Source of the DNA: Opitutales bacterium | Lineage (GTDB): Bacteria; Verrucomicrobiota; Verrucomicrobiia; Opitutales; PNEW01 | Length of the DNA: 32,000 nt | Reading direction: 5' to 3' | NCBI GenBank assembly: GCA_965219535.1 | Contig: CBDCNV010000001.1 | Span: 1,050,001-1,082,000, forward strand | Part shown: positions 16,917-25,071 of the stretch, in pieces | Layout: the number at the start of each line of letters is the position of its first letter | How positions within the stretch are numbered: position 1 is the stretch's first letter | The notes under the pieces: model-generated | Told to the model about the DNA's origin: nothing | The model's database searches: none | Seen by the model: only the letters and a program-made list of their open reading frames with translations | Program-made: the position numbers and the translations under genes

Positions 16917-17555
16917 ATGAGTTCTGCAGTAAAGATCAAAGTATGTTGTATCACGCGTGAGGAGGATGCAAAGGCCGCGATTAATTTAGGAGCGGACTTT
17001 GTTGGTCTGAACCTCTATCCGCATTCACCGAGAGTGATCGCCTCTGATCGTATCAGTGGTTTGTTTGTGGAGATCCCACGGGGAAAACGTGTCTATGTAA
17101 ATGTTTTACCCTCAGCCGCTGAACTAAAAAAAATGTTGGATCTCGGATTTGATTACTTTCAGATCCATTTCGATCTTGGGATCCCTATTTCTAATCTTGC
17201 AACATGGAGCGACGTCGTTGGGGTAGAAAAACTTTGGCTTGCTCCACGTATTCCTCCGGGCGAACCATTTCCGCGAACCCTATTGGAATACGCAGACACC
17301 TTTATTTTAGATGGCTATGCAAAGAGTAAATACGGGGGCACGGGGAAGACAGGTAACTGGGAAATGTTTTACGATTTGCAAACCCTGTATTCACATAAAA
17401 AGTGGGTCCTCTCAGGTGGATTAAATGCCGAAAATGTCAGGGATGCGATCGCTGTTACCGAGGCTCATTATATCGATGTTAACAGTGGAGTGGAATCTTC
17501 ACCCGGAGTGAAAGATGCCGGAAAACTGGAAGCATTTATTAAGAATGTGCGATGA
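16917..17555 (+). CDS. trpF: Phosphoribosylanthranilate isomerase
   Basis: Matching segments are KVCCITREEDAKAAINLGADFVGLNLYPHSPR, GGTGKTGNW, LSGGLNAENV and DVNSGVESSPGVKD. The protein is 212 aa. Confidence 0.85.
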   Translation: MSSAVKIKVCCITREEDAKAAINLGADFVGLNLYPHSPRVIASDRISGLFVEIPRGKRVYVNVLPSAAELKKMLDLGFDYFQIHFDLGIPISNLATWSDVVGVEKLWLAPRIPPGEPFPRTLLEYADTFILDGYAKSKYGGTGKTGNWEMFYDLQTLYSHKKWVLSGGLNAENVRDAIAVTEAHYIDVNSGVESSPGVKDAGKLEAFIKNVR

Positions 17556-17618
17556 GTGATCTGTTTAATTCGGATCAATCAATTCACCTACTGAGAATAT
17601 ATTGAATCGTGCTGCGTG

Positions 17619-17639
17619 CCAAAACCTGTTCCGGCAGGT
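17619..17639 (-). terminator. Possible terminator of rho
   Basis: The minus strand reads ACCTG-CCGGAA-CAGGT followed by TTTT, starting 9 nt after the rho stop. Both the stem and the U-tract are short. Confidence 0.4.
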
Positions 17640-17647
17640 AAAAGCAG

Positions 17648-18778
17648 CTAGAGTTTTAAAAGATTGAAAAACTCTTCGTTAGTTTTCGTTTTAGAAAGGC
17701 GTGCGATAGCTGTTTCAGCGGCTTCTTCAACCTTAATACCGGCAAGCGCTCGACGAAGGAAGTGACAGTGTTCAAGTATATCGGGATGGAGAAGGAGTTC
17801 CTCGCGGCGAGTACCAGAGGCAGCGATGTTAATCGCCGGCCAGATGCGTAGTTCAGCAGCTTTGCGATCCAGTACCATTTCCATGTTTCCCGTTCCTTTG
17901 AATTCTTGAAAAATGAAATCGTCCATACGACTTCCGGTTTCTATAAGCGCAGAGGCGATAATGGTTAAACTGCCTGCTTCTTCCGTATTGCGTGCCGCAG
18001 AAAATAACTGACGGGGCTTTTCGAGGGCACGGATATCCAATCCGCCCGACATCGTACGGCCACCGCCACCTTTAGCTGAGTTATGCGCGCGTGATAAGCG
18101 GGTTAGGGAATCCAGCATCAAAACGACATCTCTTCCTACTTCGACTAAACGCTTGGCGCGTTCGATTGCTAAATCGGCGATGCGGATATGGTTTAGCAGT
18201 TCTTCGTCATTTGAAGAGGCCCATATTTCGGCGGGCACACTTCGTTTAAGATCGGTTACTTCTTCGGGCCTTTCATCGACAAGAAGCATCATGACATGAC
18301 AATCGGGATGATTTTCAATTACACCGAGCGCAATGTCCCGTAGCAGTGTCGTCTTACCCGTTCGTGGAGGTGCGACAATAAGCCCGCGTTGTCCTTTGCC
18401 TATAGGACAAAAAATATCCATCGTGCGCACCGTCATATTACCATCTTTAGTTTCAAGTTTTAACCATTTATCGGGGGTGATGGTAGTAAGCTGGGTAAAT
18501 TCAATACTTTTTTTACGCTGTTCCACGGGCAAATTATCAATCGTATCGATATAGCGCACTTTTGGATTGGGAAACCTTCTATCCTGTTGTCCTTGCCCAA
18601 CTATATGGCTACCCCGGCGAACTTTGAAACGCCGGATCAACTCCTGGGGTAGAAAGGGATCAGAGTCGCGTTTCCGACCATTTCTTGCAGGATCAATCAA
18701 TTGGCCTGATTTATTAGCTTGAGGCTCAAAAATGCCTTCAACGGTAATATTTGTTTGAGGCTGCTTAGTCGTATCCAT
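17648..18778 (-). CDS. rho: Transcription termination factor Rho (short N-terminal domain)
   Basis: The protein is collinear with Rho from the OB-fold onward: ELIRRFKVRRG, Walker A GQRGLIVAPPRTGKTTLL, LLVDERPEEVT, the Q/R loops, FKGTGNME and the C-terminal KTKTNEEFF. ATG 18778 is preferred over the ORF-track TTG at 18817. Confidence 0.95.
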   Translation of the reverse strand: MDTTKQPQTNITVEGIFEPQANKSGQLIDPARNGRKRDSDPFLPQELIRRFKVRRGSHIVGQGQQDRRFPNPKVRYIDTIDNLPVEQRKKSIEFTQLTTITPDKWLKLETKDGNMTVRTMDIFCPIGKGQRGLIVAPPRTGKTTLLRDIALGVIENHPDCHVMMLLVDERPEEVTDLKRSVPAEIWASSNDEELLNHIRIADLAIERAKRLVEVGRDVVLMLDSLTRLSRAHNSAKGGGGRTMSGGLDIRALEKPRQLFSAARNTEEAGSLTIIASALIETGSRMDDFIFQEFKGTGNMEMVLDRKAAELRIWPAINIAASGTRREELLLHPDILEHCHFLRRALAGIKVEEAAETAIARLSKTKTNEEFFNLLKL

Positions 18779-19069
18779 AATCAGAGATGGCTCTAAGGGA
18801 CAGATAAAATTTCCCAATGGCAGAGGAAAAATTGAATCAACGTGGAAAAAAACCGTTGGTTTTAAAACTATTGCGTTGGTTTTTTTCTTAAAAAGAGCCC
18901 TCTAAAGGGTCTATTTAACCTGATCCTAGAAATTTATAGGGGTCTGTCAATGCCCATATTAAATCATTAAAAATTCCTCGGTAGGCCCAGGTCCGGTAAG
19001 TGGGAGGGGTGTGATTTATAGGTTGAGTATATTTAAGGTTTTCCTCTCTGGAACCGATTTCTAGTTTAT

Positions 19070-19666
19070 GTGGAAAGAGGGCACGCCTTTAGTATTCTTG
19101 AACTGCTGGCAGTCATAAGTCTGATCATTATTATGCTGGCTATTACCTTAGGGATTGCAGACGGGATTCGCCAAACTGCAGCCAATTCACGCGCTTGTGC
19201 TGAACTCGCCTCTTTGGCTCAAGCATTGGAAGAATACAAAATTTATTATGGCGACTACCCCTGGATTGATGGATTTAAACCTTTGGATACCGACCATTTA
19301 TTATATGCGGCTTTAAACGGTACGTGGAGGTGGGACAACGAGGCGCAGAAATTTATAAATGCAAGCAGAGGAAAATCTTTTATCGAAGGGGCAAAATACA
19401 GTTTCAATAACCCTGTTGAGATGACTAATTCGCACTCAGATCTAGACGCCGATAGAGTGATCATAGATCCGTGGGAAAACCCCTATCACTATTTATATAA
19501 AAACACTTTGGATCAGGGGTTAAGTTGGGAGAGAGCAGGATTTCTTCTCATCTCTCGTGGTCCAGACGGTAAATTGGGTTCATCTCTTTCAGCCGATGGT
19601 ACTCTGGGTACGAATTACTTTAATTGGGATATCGAAAACGCCGATAACCTAATATATGGGTATTAG
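19070..19666 (+). CDS. gspG: GspG-like major pseudopilin (prepilin-type N-terminus)
   Basis: The start is GTG. The N-terminus is MERGHA|FSILELLAVISLIIIM, with Glu at +5 relative to the Phe. G-type signatures are ELASLAQALEEYKIYYGDYPW and DPWENPYHY...LISRGPDGKLG. Confidence 0.8.
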   Translation: MERGHAFSILELLAVISLIIIMLAITLGIADGIRQTAANSRACAELASLAQALEEYKIYYGDYPWIDGFKPLDTDHLLYAALNGTWRWDNEAQKFINASRGKSFIEGAKYSFNNPVEMTNSHSDLDADRVIIDPWENPYHYLYKNTLDQGLSWERAGFLLISRGPDGKLGSSLSADGTLGTNYFNWDIENADNLIYGY

Positions 19667-19703
19667 ATTATCACCCAACGAAATCTATAGTGAGAGCTTC
19701 AGG

Positions 19704-20315
19704 GTGAGAAGTTTAAGGAGCGCTGGTTTTTCATTATTTGAACTTCTGTTGGTCGTTGCGGTAATTGGAATTCTTATAGGCTTGTTGATTCCCGCGGTGT
19801 GGGCGGTGAGAACACAGGTCCTGACGATGAAGAGTAGGGTGCAATTCAATCAATACATTCTCGCTTTGGAATCATACAAACAAGTGTATGGATATTACCC
19901 GAATTTTGATGCTGATACATCGCCCCGTGATATCAGCTTTAGTTTAATAAACCCTCCAACACGTAATTTATTTATCGAAGTTCTCTCAGCGAAGCCGGTG
20001 CATAACGAAAATCAAGTTATCTCTGATGAAGCTATGGCCTTCAACCGTAAGGGTATCATTTTTTATAATTTCACCCAATCGGAATTTAACGCGAACGGTG
20101 ATATTATCGATTCCTTTAACAATAGGGATATTAGGTTTTTTCTGGATGTTGATGCGAACGGATACATAGATAACGAGAAAATGATGAGAGAATTTAAAGA
20201 TACCTATAACAATGTTTATATTCCCGACAGCAATGATCTCCCCAGAGATATTCGCGCCAGCATAGTTGTAATTTCAACAGGTGACAGAGGTGAATTCATT
20301 AAAAGTTGGGATTAG
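19704..20315 (+). CDS. Pseudopilin with prepilin-type N-terminus (second G-like module)
   Basis: The N-terminus is (M)RSLRSAG|FSLFELLLVVAVIGILIGLLIP followed by YILALESYKQVYGYYPN. GTG 19704 gives a canonical 8-residue (MRSLRSAG) basic leader. The ORF-track ATG 19656 would give a 24-residue leader and an 11-nt overlap with the previous gene. Confidence 0.7.
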   Translation: MRSLRSAGFSLFELLLVVAVIGILIGLLIPAVWAVRTQVLTMKSRVQFNQYILALESYKQVYGYYPNFDADTSPRDISFSLINPPTRNLFIEVLSAKPVHNENQVISDEAMAFNRKGIIFYNFTQSEFNANGDIIDSFNNRDIRFFLDVDANGYIDNEKMMREFKDTYNNVYIPDSNDLPRDIRASIVVISTGDRGEFIKSWD

Positions 20316-20369
20316 GTATAGAGTTTTAATTTTTCAACATTTCAGTGAACTAATTATTTTCCAACAGGT

Positions 20370-21002
20370 GTGAAATATAATTACTACTCCAATCAAAAAT
20401 TAAGTTTTACCCTTATAGAGTTGGTCGTCGCTTGCAGTTTAATATTAATATTAGTTTCGGTTTTAGGTTTCGATTTTAGTAATCGAAGAGAAGATCTCAG
20501 GATAAAAGTGGGACAACAGCTTGCCAGTAGTCTATTGCTGTCAGCGCGGAATCAGGCCATCCTTAAACAGTCTAATGCCCGTCTGATTATTCATAATAAT
20601 CCTGATGAACCTGAAAAATATCTTCGCCAGATGGGGATCATCTATGAAGAAAAACCTCTTTCAGGTCGTTGGAAATCATTGAATGCCGGTTCGTTATTAC
20701 CGATGGGGGTTTATTTTAATACGGAGATCAGCTCTTGGACGGATGCGCAGATCATGACAGTTGAGTTTCCGCGCGCACGATTCCTGATCGAAGGGCGTGG
20801 AGAGAAATGGATCTATTTCGAATTCACCAGTTCGGGTGTCTTTAATGAGCCCGGCGCTCAATTTGTTGTTGGGTCTGGTGTATTTAATCCTTTGGACCAT
20901 AAAGACTATGAGATTGAATTTAATAATCTCGCAATTGGTGGGATTGTAATAGGGAAATTTGGTGGAATGTCCTATTTCACAAGCACCGAAATCACGCGAT
21001 GA
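20370..21002 (+). CDS. GspH/FimT-like minor pseudopilin
   Basis: The start is GTG. The N-terminus is MKYNYYSNQKLS|FTLIELVVACSLILIL, and LASSLLLSARNQAILKQSNARLIIH fits the GspH/FimT pattern. Its stop overlaps the next start (ATGA). Confidence 0.65.
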   Translation: MKYNYYSNQKLSFTLIELVVACSLILILVSVLGFDFSNRREDLRIKVGQQLASSLLLSARNQAILKQSNARLIIHNNPDEPEKYLRQMGIIYEEKPLSGRWKSLNAGSLLPMGVYFNTEISSWTDAQIMTVEFPRARFLIEGRGEKWIYFEFTSSGVFNEPGAQFVVGSGVFNPLDHKDYEIEFNNLAIGGIVIGKFGGMSYFTSTEITR

Positions 21003-22525
21003 ATAGATTAGGAATGAGGAGAAATTCAACTTTTGGATTTTCTCTCATCGAAGTAGTTTTAGCGCTCGGTGTCTTTTCGTTTACGGTTCTTACTCTGATT
21101 GGACTCTTACCTTCGACAATAAATTCGATCAATAAACTAAACGAATTAAATCAATTAACGGCGATCAGTGCCAGGATTGATGCCTATTTGCAAAACCAAA
21201 AGAATGCTTTTGATACGGTTTATAATTGGGTTGAGAACGGTAAAAGTAAGACCTTGCTTGCTTACTCTTATACTGCTGATCCAAGTCAGGGGAGAGGAGA
21301 GGGTGATACATTTACGCCTGACACGCGAAGTGATTTTCTAGTTGAAGCGATTCGTTTAATGGGGTCAGAAGAATTCAGTTATACGCTAATAAAAGAAGAA
21401 TTGAATGCAGTTGAAGGTCCAGTCTTTAAGATAAAAATCAGAGATTCTAAAACCTACTCAGCAGGTGAAGAGGGACGTGACGTAGAGGGAAACCTGGTCC
21501 CTTTAATTCAGTATCCCGAAGCGGTTCTCGCTCTCGAGATTCGTATTTATTCTTATTCACCCCATTTGTCACAGTTCGATTCTATTTTGATGAAGAATTG
21601 TTTCATGAAGAAAATAATATCTGCGTTTATACTTATGCGATTAATCGTTAATAAAAGTTCCGATCGAAGTAGAGTAGGGCGTACGCAAACTCTTTCGACG
21701 GCATTTACATTAATTGAGATCCTGGTCGTCGCGGCGATAACAGGACTGCTTGTTACGATATCACTCACTCTCAGCCTTAACATTTTGAAAGTATGGAATG
21801 AATCAATCCACCTCGGAGTGATCAATCAACAGGCGGGTTTAGCTTTAGATTTACTTGCCCGTGACCTGGAATCTTCGGTTATGAAAAGCGATGGAAATGA
21901 ATGGTTACGTGCAGTAAGGGAGGAAATAGGTGAAAATGAAAATCAATATACCAATGCTACCTGGATGATGTTTTTCTCTCAATTACCCGACCGTGACAGA
22001 GTATCGGAAGAGGGTGAGCCCATTTACGGAGATATATGTGCGGTCTCTTATCGTCTAGGCTATCAGAATCCACTTAATTCCGCTTCCAGTGATTTGAGAA
22101 CCTTGGGCTTATATCGCACGGTCATGGATGCGGAAACAACATTTAGTGAAGCATTGGATTTATCGGCGAAGGGCAAGAGTTATTATCGTGACTTTTGGCT
22201 TCAGCGATCATCACAAACCACTAGAGAAAAACATCTTATAATTTCTAATCTCATTGATTTCCGTTTACATTTTACTTTTCGTGATGCGGGGGACTCACTC
22301 CAGCACTGGGATACTGAGAAAGATTTTATTTTCGGCGGGCCCGAGGGTAACGTTGGGGGGTACCTGGTTTATGTGGACATAGAAATAAAGGTATTAAATC
22401 CCTCAGGATTAGATTCTTCTAGCCCAACAAAGAATAACTCCAAGACCATCGAACGGGATCAATTGGTATTAAGTGAAGCAAAAAGGTATCATCGACGAGT
22501 AGTCTTTCCCAGTTATCCTTTTTAG
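20999..22525 (+). CDS. Tandem pseudopilin ORF: GspI-like module fused in frame to a GspJ-like module
   Basis: The first prepilin motif is RRNSTFG|FSLIEVVLALGVFSF near codon 14. A second complete motif, TQTLSTA|FTLIEILVVAAITGLL, begins near codon 235 and is followed by a J/PilW-like QQAGLALDLLARDLESS. Internal ATGs occur at 21590, 21605 and 21635. There is no in-frame stop between the modules. Confidence 0.7.
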   Translation: MNRLGMRRNSTFGFSLIEVVLALGVFSFTVLTLIGLLPSTINSINKLNELNQLTAISARIDAYLQNQKNAFDTVYNWVENGKSKTLLAYSYTADPSQGRGEGDTFTPDTRSDFLVEAIRLMGSEEFSYTLIKEELNAVEGPVFKIKIRDSKTYSAGEEGRDVEGNLVPLIQYPEAVLALEIRIYSYSPHLSQFDSILMKNCFMKKIISAFILMRLIVNKSSDRSRVGRTQTLSTAFTLIEILVVAAITGLLVTISLTLSLNILKVWNESIHLGVINQQAGLALDLLARDLESSVMKSDGNEWLRAVREEIGENENQYTNATWMMFFSQLPDRDRVSEEGEPIYGDICAVSYRLGYQNPLNSASSDLRTLGLYRTVMDAETTFSEALDLSAKGKSYYRDFWLQRSSQTTREKHLIISNLIDFRLHFTFRDAGDSLQHWDTEKDFIFGGPEGNVGGYLVYVDIEIKVLNPSGLDSSSPTKNNSKTIERDQLVLSEAKRYHRRVVFPSYPF

Positions 22526-22614
22526 ATGTCCGGAATTATTTATCTTTCCTAAGAAAGAATTTGACGGTCAGACTTTTAACCGAACGAATAGTCACCATTA
22601 ATATCCTTTATTAA

Positions 22615-23487
22615 ATGCATCCTTGGATTCTTGCTGCACGACCAAAAACTTTACCGGCTGCAATTATACCTGTTTTATTGGGTTGCGCAATAGCTTGGAA
22701 GGCGGGAGCTTTTCAGTGGTTGCCGGCATCGCTCTGCCTTGCTTTTGCCTTACTCGTTCAAATAGGAACGAATTTCGCCAATGATTATTACGATTTTATT
22801 AAGGGGGCCGACACACCTGATCGAATTGGCCCCTTTCGTGCAACTGCTTCAGGGGCAATTCAACCCGTGGTGATGAAAAGGGCGATGTGGATAACTTTTA
22901 TCATCGCTGCATGCTTGGGTTTGGGACTTATTCCTTATGGTGGTTGGGCTCTACTCATTGTAGGCTTCCTTAGTATATCTTGTGGTTTCGCCTATACGGG
23001 TGGACCCTATCCCCTTGGCTACCACGGATGGGGGGATCTATTAGTGTTTATATTCTTTGGAGTTATTGCGGTCGTATTTACCAATTATGTTCAGACAGGT
23101 CAATTTACTCTCGAAGCCTTCCTTGTCTCTTTCGTCGCTGGTTCACTGACCACTAATATCCTCGTCGTTAATAATTACCGTGATTGGGAAACCGATGCTC
23201 GCGCGGGTAAAAATACACTAGCCGTTAGATTTGGGCGCAATTTTTCCCTCTATGAATATCAAGTATTTTTTTTTATCGCCCTTTTGGGTACTTTATTTCT
23301 GTGGAGATTAGAGCGTGAACTCTGGCTGCTCTTGCCAGTAATAGTTTGGCCCTCTAGCTTATGGCTCAGGTATCGTCTGGTGAAGTCGCGCACCGGAATT
23401 GAATACAATAACCTATTGGCCTACACTGCTGTATTTCTGCTTATATATGGGCTCTTGCTCACCCTCGGCATAGTAATGATCGCCTAG
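22615..23487 (+). CDS. menA: 1,4-dihydroxy-2-naphthoate polyprenyltransferase (UbiA family)
   Basis: Matching segments are WILAARPKTLPAAIIPVLLG, the first Asp-rich motif NFANDYYDFIKGAD and NNYRDWETDARAGKNTLAV. The protein is multi-TM and 290 aa. Confidence 0.9.
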   Translation: MHPWILAARPKTLPAAIIPVLLGCAIAWKAGAFQWLPASLCLAFALLVQIGTNFANDYYDFIKGADTPDRIGPFRATASGAIQPVVMKRAMWITFIIAACLGLGLIPYGGWALLIVGFLSISCGFAYTGGPYPLGYHGWGDLLVFIFFGVIAVVFTNYVQTGQFTLEAFLVSFVAGSLTTNILVVNNYRDWETDARAGKNTLAVRFGRNFSLYEYQVFFFIALLGTLFLWRLERELWLLLPVIVWPSSLWLRYRLVKSRTGIEYNNLLAYTAVFLLIYGLLLTLGIVMIA

Positions 23488-23588
23488 CTGGGATTATTAC
23501 CAAGAATAAATACTCGTCTTAATTTTCGCCCAAGGCGGCGCAGCTTAATGCGATTGTATCGCGGCCCACTCCCCTTGGGAGGAAACTA

Positions 23589-23915
23589 TTATATATGAGC
23601 CGACAGCTTGCTCTTTATATCATCTTTATTCGTGAGACCAACTATCTGATCTACGACTGAACCGTCTTTGAACAATAACATGGTTGGTATAGCGCGTATA
23701 TTGAAACGGCCGGCAATATCAGTGTTATTGTCCACATCTACTTTACATATCTGTACTTGCTCGCCCATTTCATCTGCGAGATCTTCAAGAATGGGTGCAA
23801 TAGATTTACAGGGGCCACACCAGGGGGCCCAAAAATCTATGAGAATAGGTTTGGACGTGTCTGCTATTGTCGTGTCGAAGCTATCGGTGTCTAAGTTTTT
23901 TATATTTTCTGCCAT
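23589..23915 (-). CDS. trxA: Thioredoxin
   Basis: The active site is WAPWCGPCK, with IPTMLLFKDG downstream. The protein is 108 aa. Confidence 0.95.
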   Translation of the reverse strand: MAENIKNLDTDSFDTTIADTSKPILIDFWAPWCGPCKSIAPILEDLADEMGEQVQICKVDVDNNTDIAGRFNIRAIPTMLLFKDGSVVDQIVGLTNKDDIKSKLSAHI

Positions 23916-23982
23916 CGCTTTAATATTATAAATTGGAGATTAATGGTACTAACAAAAATTGATTGAGAAACTAAATATAATT

Positions 23983-24228
23983 TTATGTTTTAGGAGTATT
24001 TTTTTCAAGCAGGGCAGACAATTCTTTTGTCTCGACATCTTCAAGTGTCTTTCCACTGTTTTTCAAATCTTCAAATGTTTTGACTAATGACTCGGTCATT
24101 TTGTCATGCGTCTCTTCAGAGCCACCTAAAATGGAAAATTGATCGGCCTGTGTTAAACGTTTGTGACCGTCATCATTGTCCAGGCCCAATCCAAGAAGGT
24201 GACTGGTCTTATTTTTCCCTCTGCTCAT
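23983..24228 (-). CDS. Small acidic hypothetical protein (81 aa)
   Basis: MSRGKNKTSHLLGLGLDNDDGHKRLTQADQFSILGGSEETHDKM... ATG 24228 is preferred, because the ORF-track start at 24303 would overlap the scpA 3' end. It lies 50 nt downstream of scpA on the same strand. No family is recognised. Confidence 0.5.
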   Translation of the reverse strand: MSRGKNKTSHLLGLGLDNDDGHKRLTQADQFSILGGSEETHDKMTESLVKTFEDLKNSGKTLEDVETKELSALLEKNTPKT

Positions 24229-24278
24229 GAATATATATTGGTTATATAATTTAAGAGTAAGTTGGACAGGAATTGTTC

Positions 24279-25040
24279 CTAATTTTCGGGATTGAGTCGA
24301 CACCGAATGTCTGTAAATGCTATTTCCTGATTGATTTCAATCGTTCGCATACGCGCTAGCTCAAGGATTGCCAGGAAGGTTGCAATAAGAAAAGAAAGAT
24401 TGTACTCGCGATTAATAAAAAGTTCCGAAAAGAGAAATTCTGGAGTCGTTTTAAGCAGTTCAATGATATACTCCATGCGCTCGGCGACGGTTACCATTTC
24501 ATCGTGAATTTCACCGTAGGTAATTCTTTCCGCCAGCCGCCGTAGGACCTGATTAAATAAATTCCACAATTCAATTTTGTCTGCTGATTTAAGTGGGCGG
24601 AGTATCCTCTCCCCATCGCTTTCCGGAGAGCCTCGCGTGAGATAATTATTGGCTTCGGTAATGACGTCCTCAATATCTCTAGCAGCATCTTTAAATTTTT
24701 TATATTCGATAAGCTGTTGGACCAATTCCCAGCGCGGATCAACCCCATCTTCATTCTCGGTCTCGATGATCTGTTCGTTTTTAGGGAGGAGCATGCGACT
24801 TTTTATATGCATTAAAGTGGCCGCCATTACAAAAAAATCACCTGCAACTTCCAGATTCAACTTCTCCATACTATAAATTACATCGAGATACTGACGTGTA
24901 ACATTTTCAATGGGTATGTCATAAATATCTATTTCATTCTTGCGTATAAGAAATAGCAAGAGGTCCAGTGGACCCTCGTAAATATTCAGGCGGATCGAAT
25001 AATCAATAGACGGAACGATCGCGTCTTCAGTTATTGCCAT
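24279..25040 (-). CDS. scpA: Segregation and condensation protein A (kleisin)
   Basis: The N-terminus is YEGPLDLLLFLIRKNEIDIYDIPIENVTRQYLDVI. The C-terminal winged-helix region is LIATFLAILELAR. The protein is 253 aa. Confidence 0.9.
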   Translation of the reverse strand: MAITEDAIVPSIDYSIRLNIYEGPLDLLLFLIRKNEIDIYDIPIENVTRQYLDVIYSMEKLNLEVAGDFFVMAATLMHIKSRMLLPKNEQIIETENEDGVDPRWELVQQLIEYKKFKDAARDIEDVITEANNYLTRGSPESDGERILRPLKSADKIELWNLFNQVLRRLAERITYGEIHDEMVTVAERMEYIIELLKTTPEFLFSELFINREYNLSFLIATFLAILELARMRTIEINQEIAFTDIRCRLNPEN

Positions 25041-25071
25041 GGAATGATGGCCCTAAACGTATTGGGATGCA

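Noticed and set aside
19656-19703. ATG 19656 as the start of the second pseudopilin, as in the ORF track.
   Set aside because: It would give a 24-residue leader and an 11-nt overlap with the preceding gene. In-frame GTG 19704 gives the canonical short basic leader MRSLRSAG|F. I cannot exclude the ATG.
21504-21593. An alternative frame ending in the tandem TGA TGA at 21588-21593, as the true 3' end of the GspI-like gene after a frameshift further upstream.
   Set aside because: That frame is open only from 21507 and encodes FSIPKRFSLSRFVFILIHPICHSSILF. The current frame gives a plausible beta-strand sequence (AVLALEIRIYSYSP). A one-T change in the T4 run right at the junction explains the data more simply.
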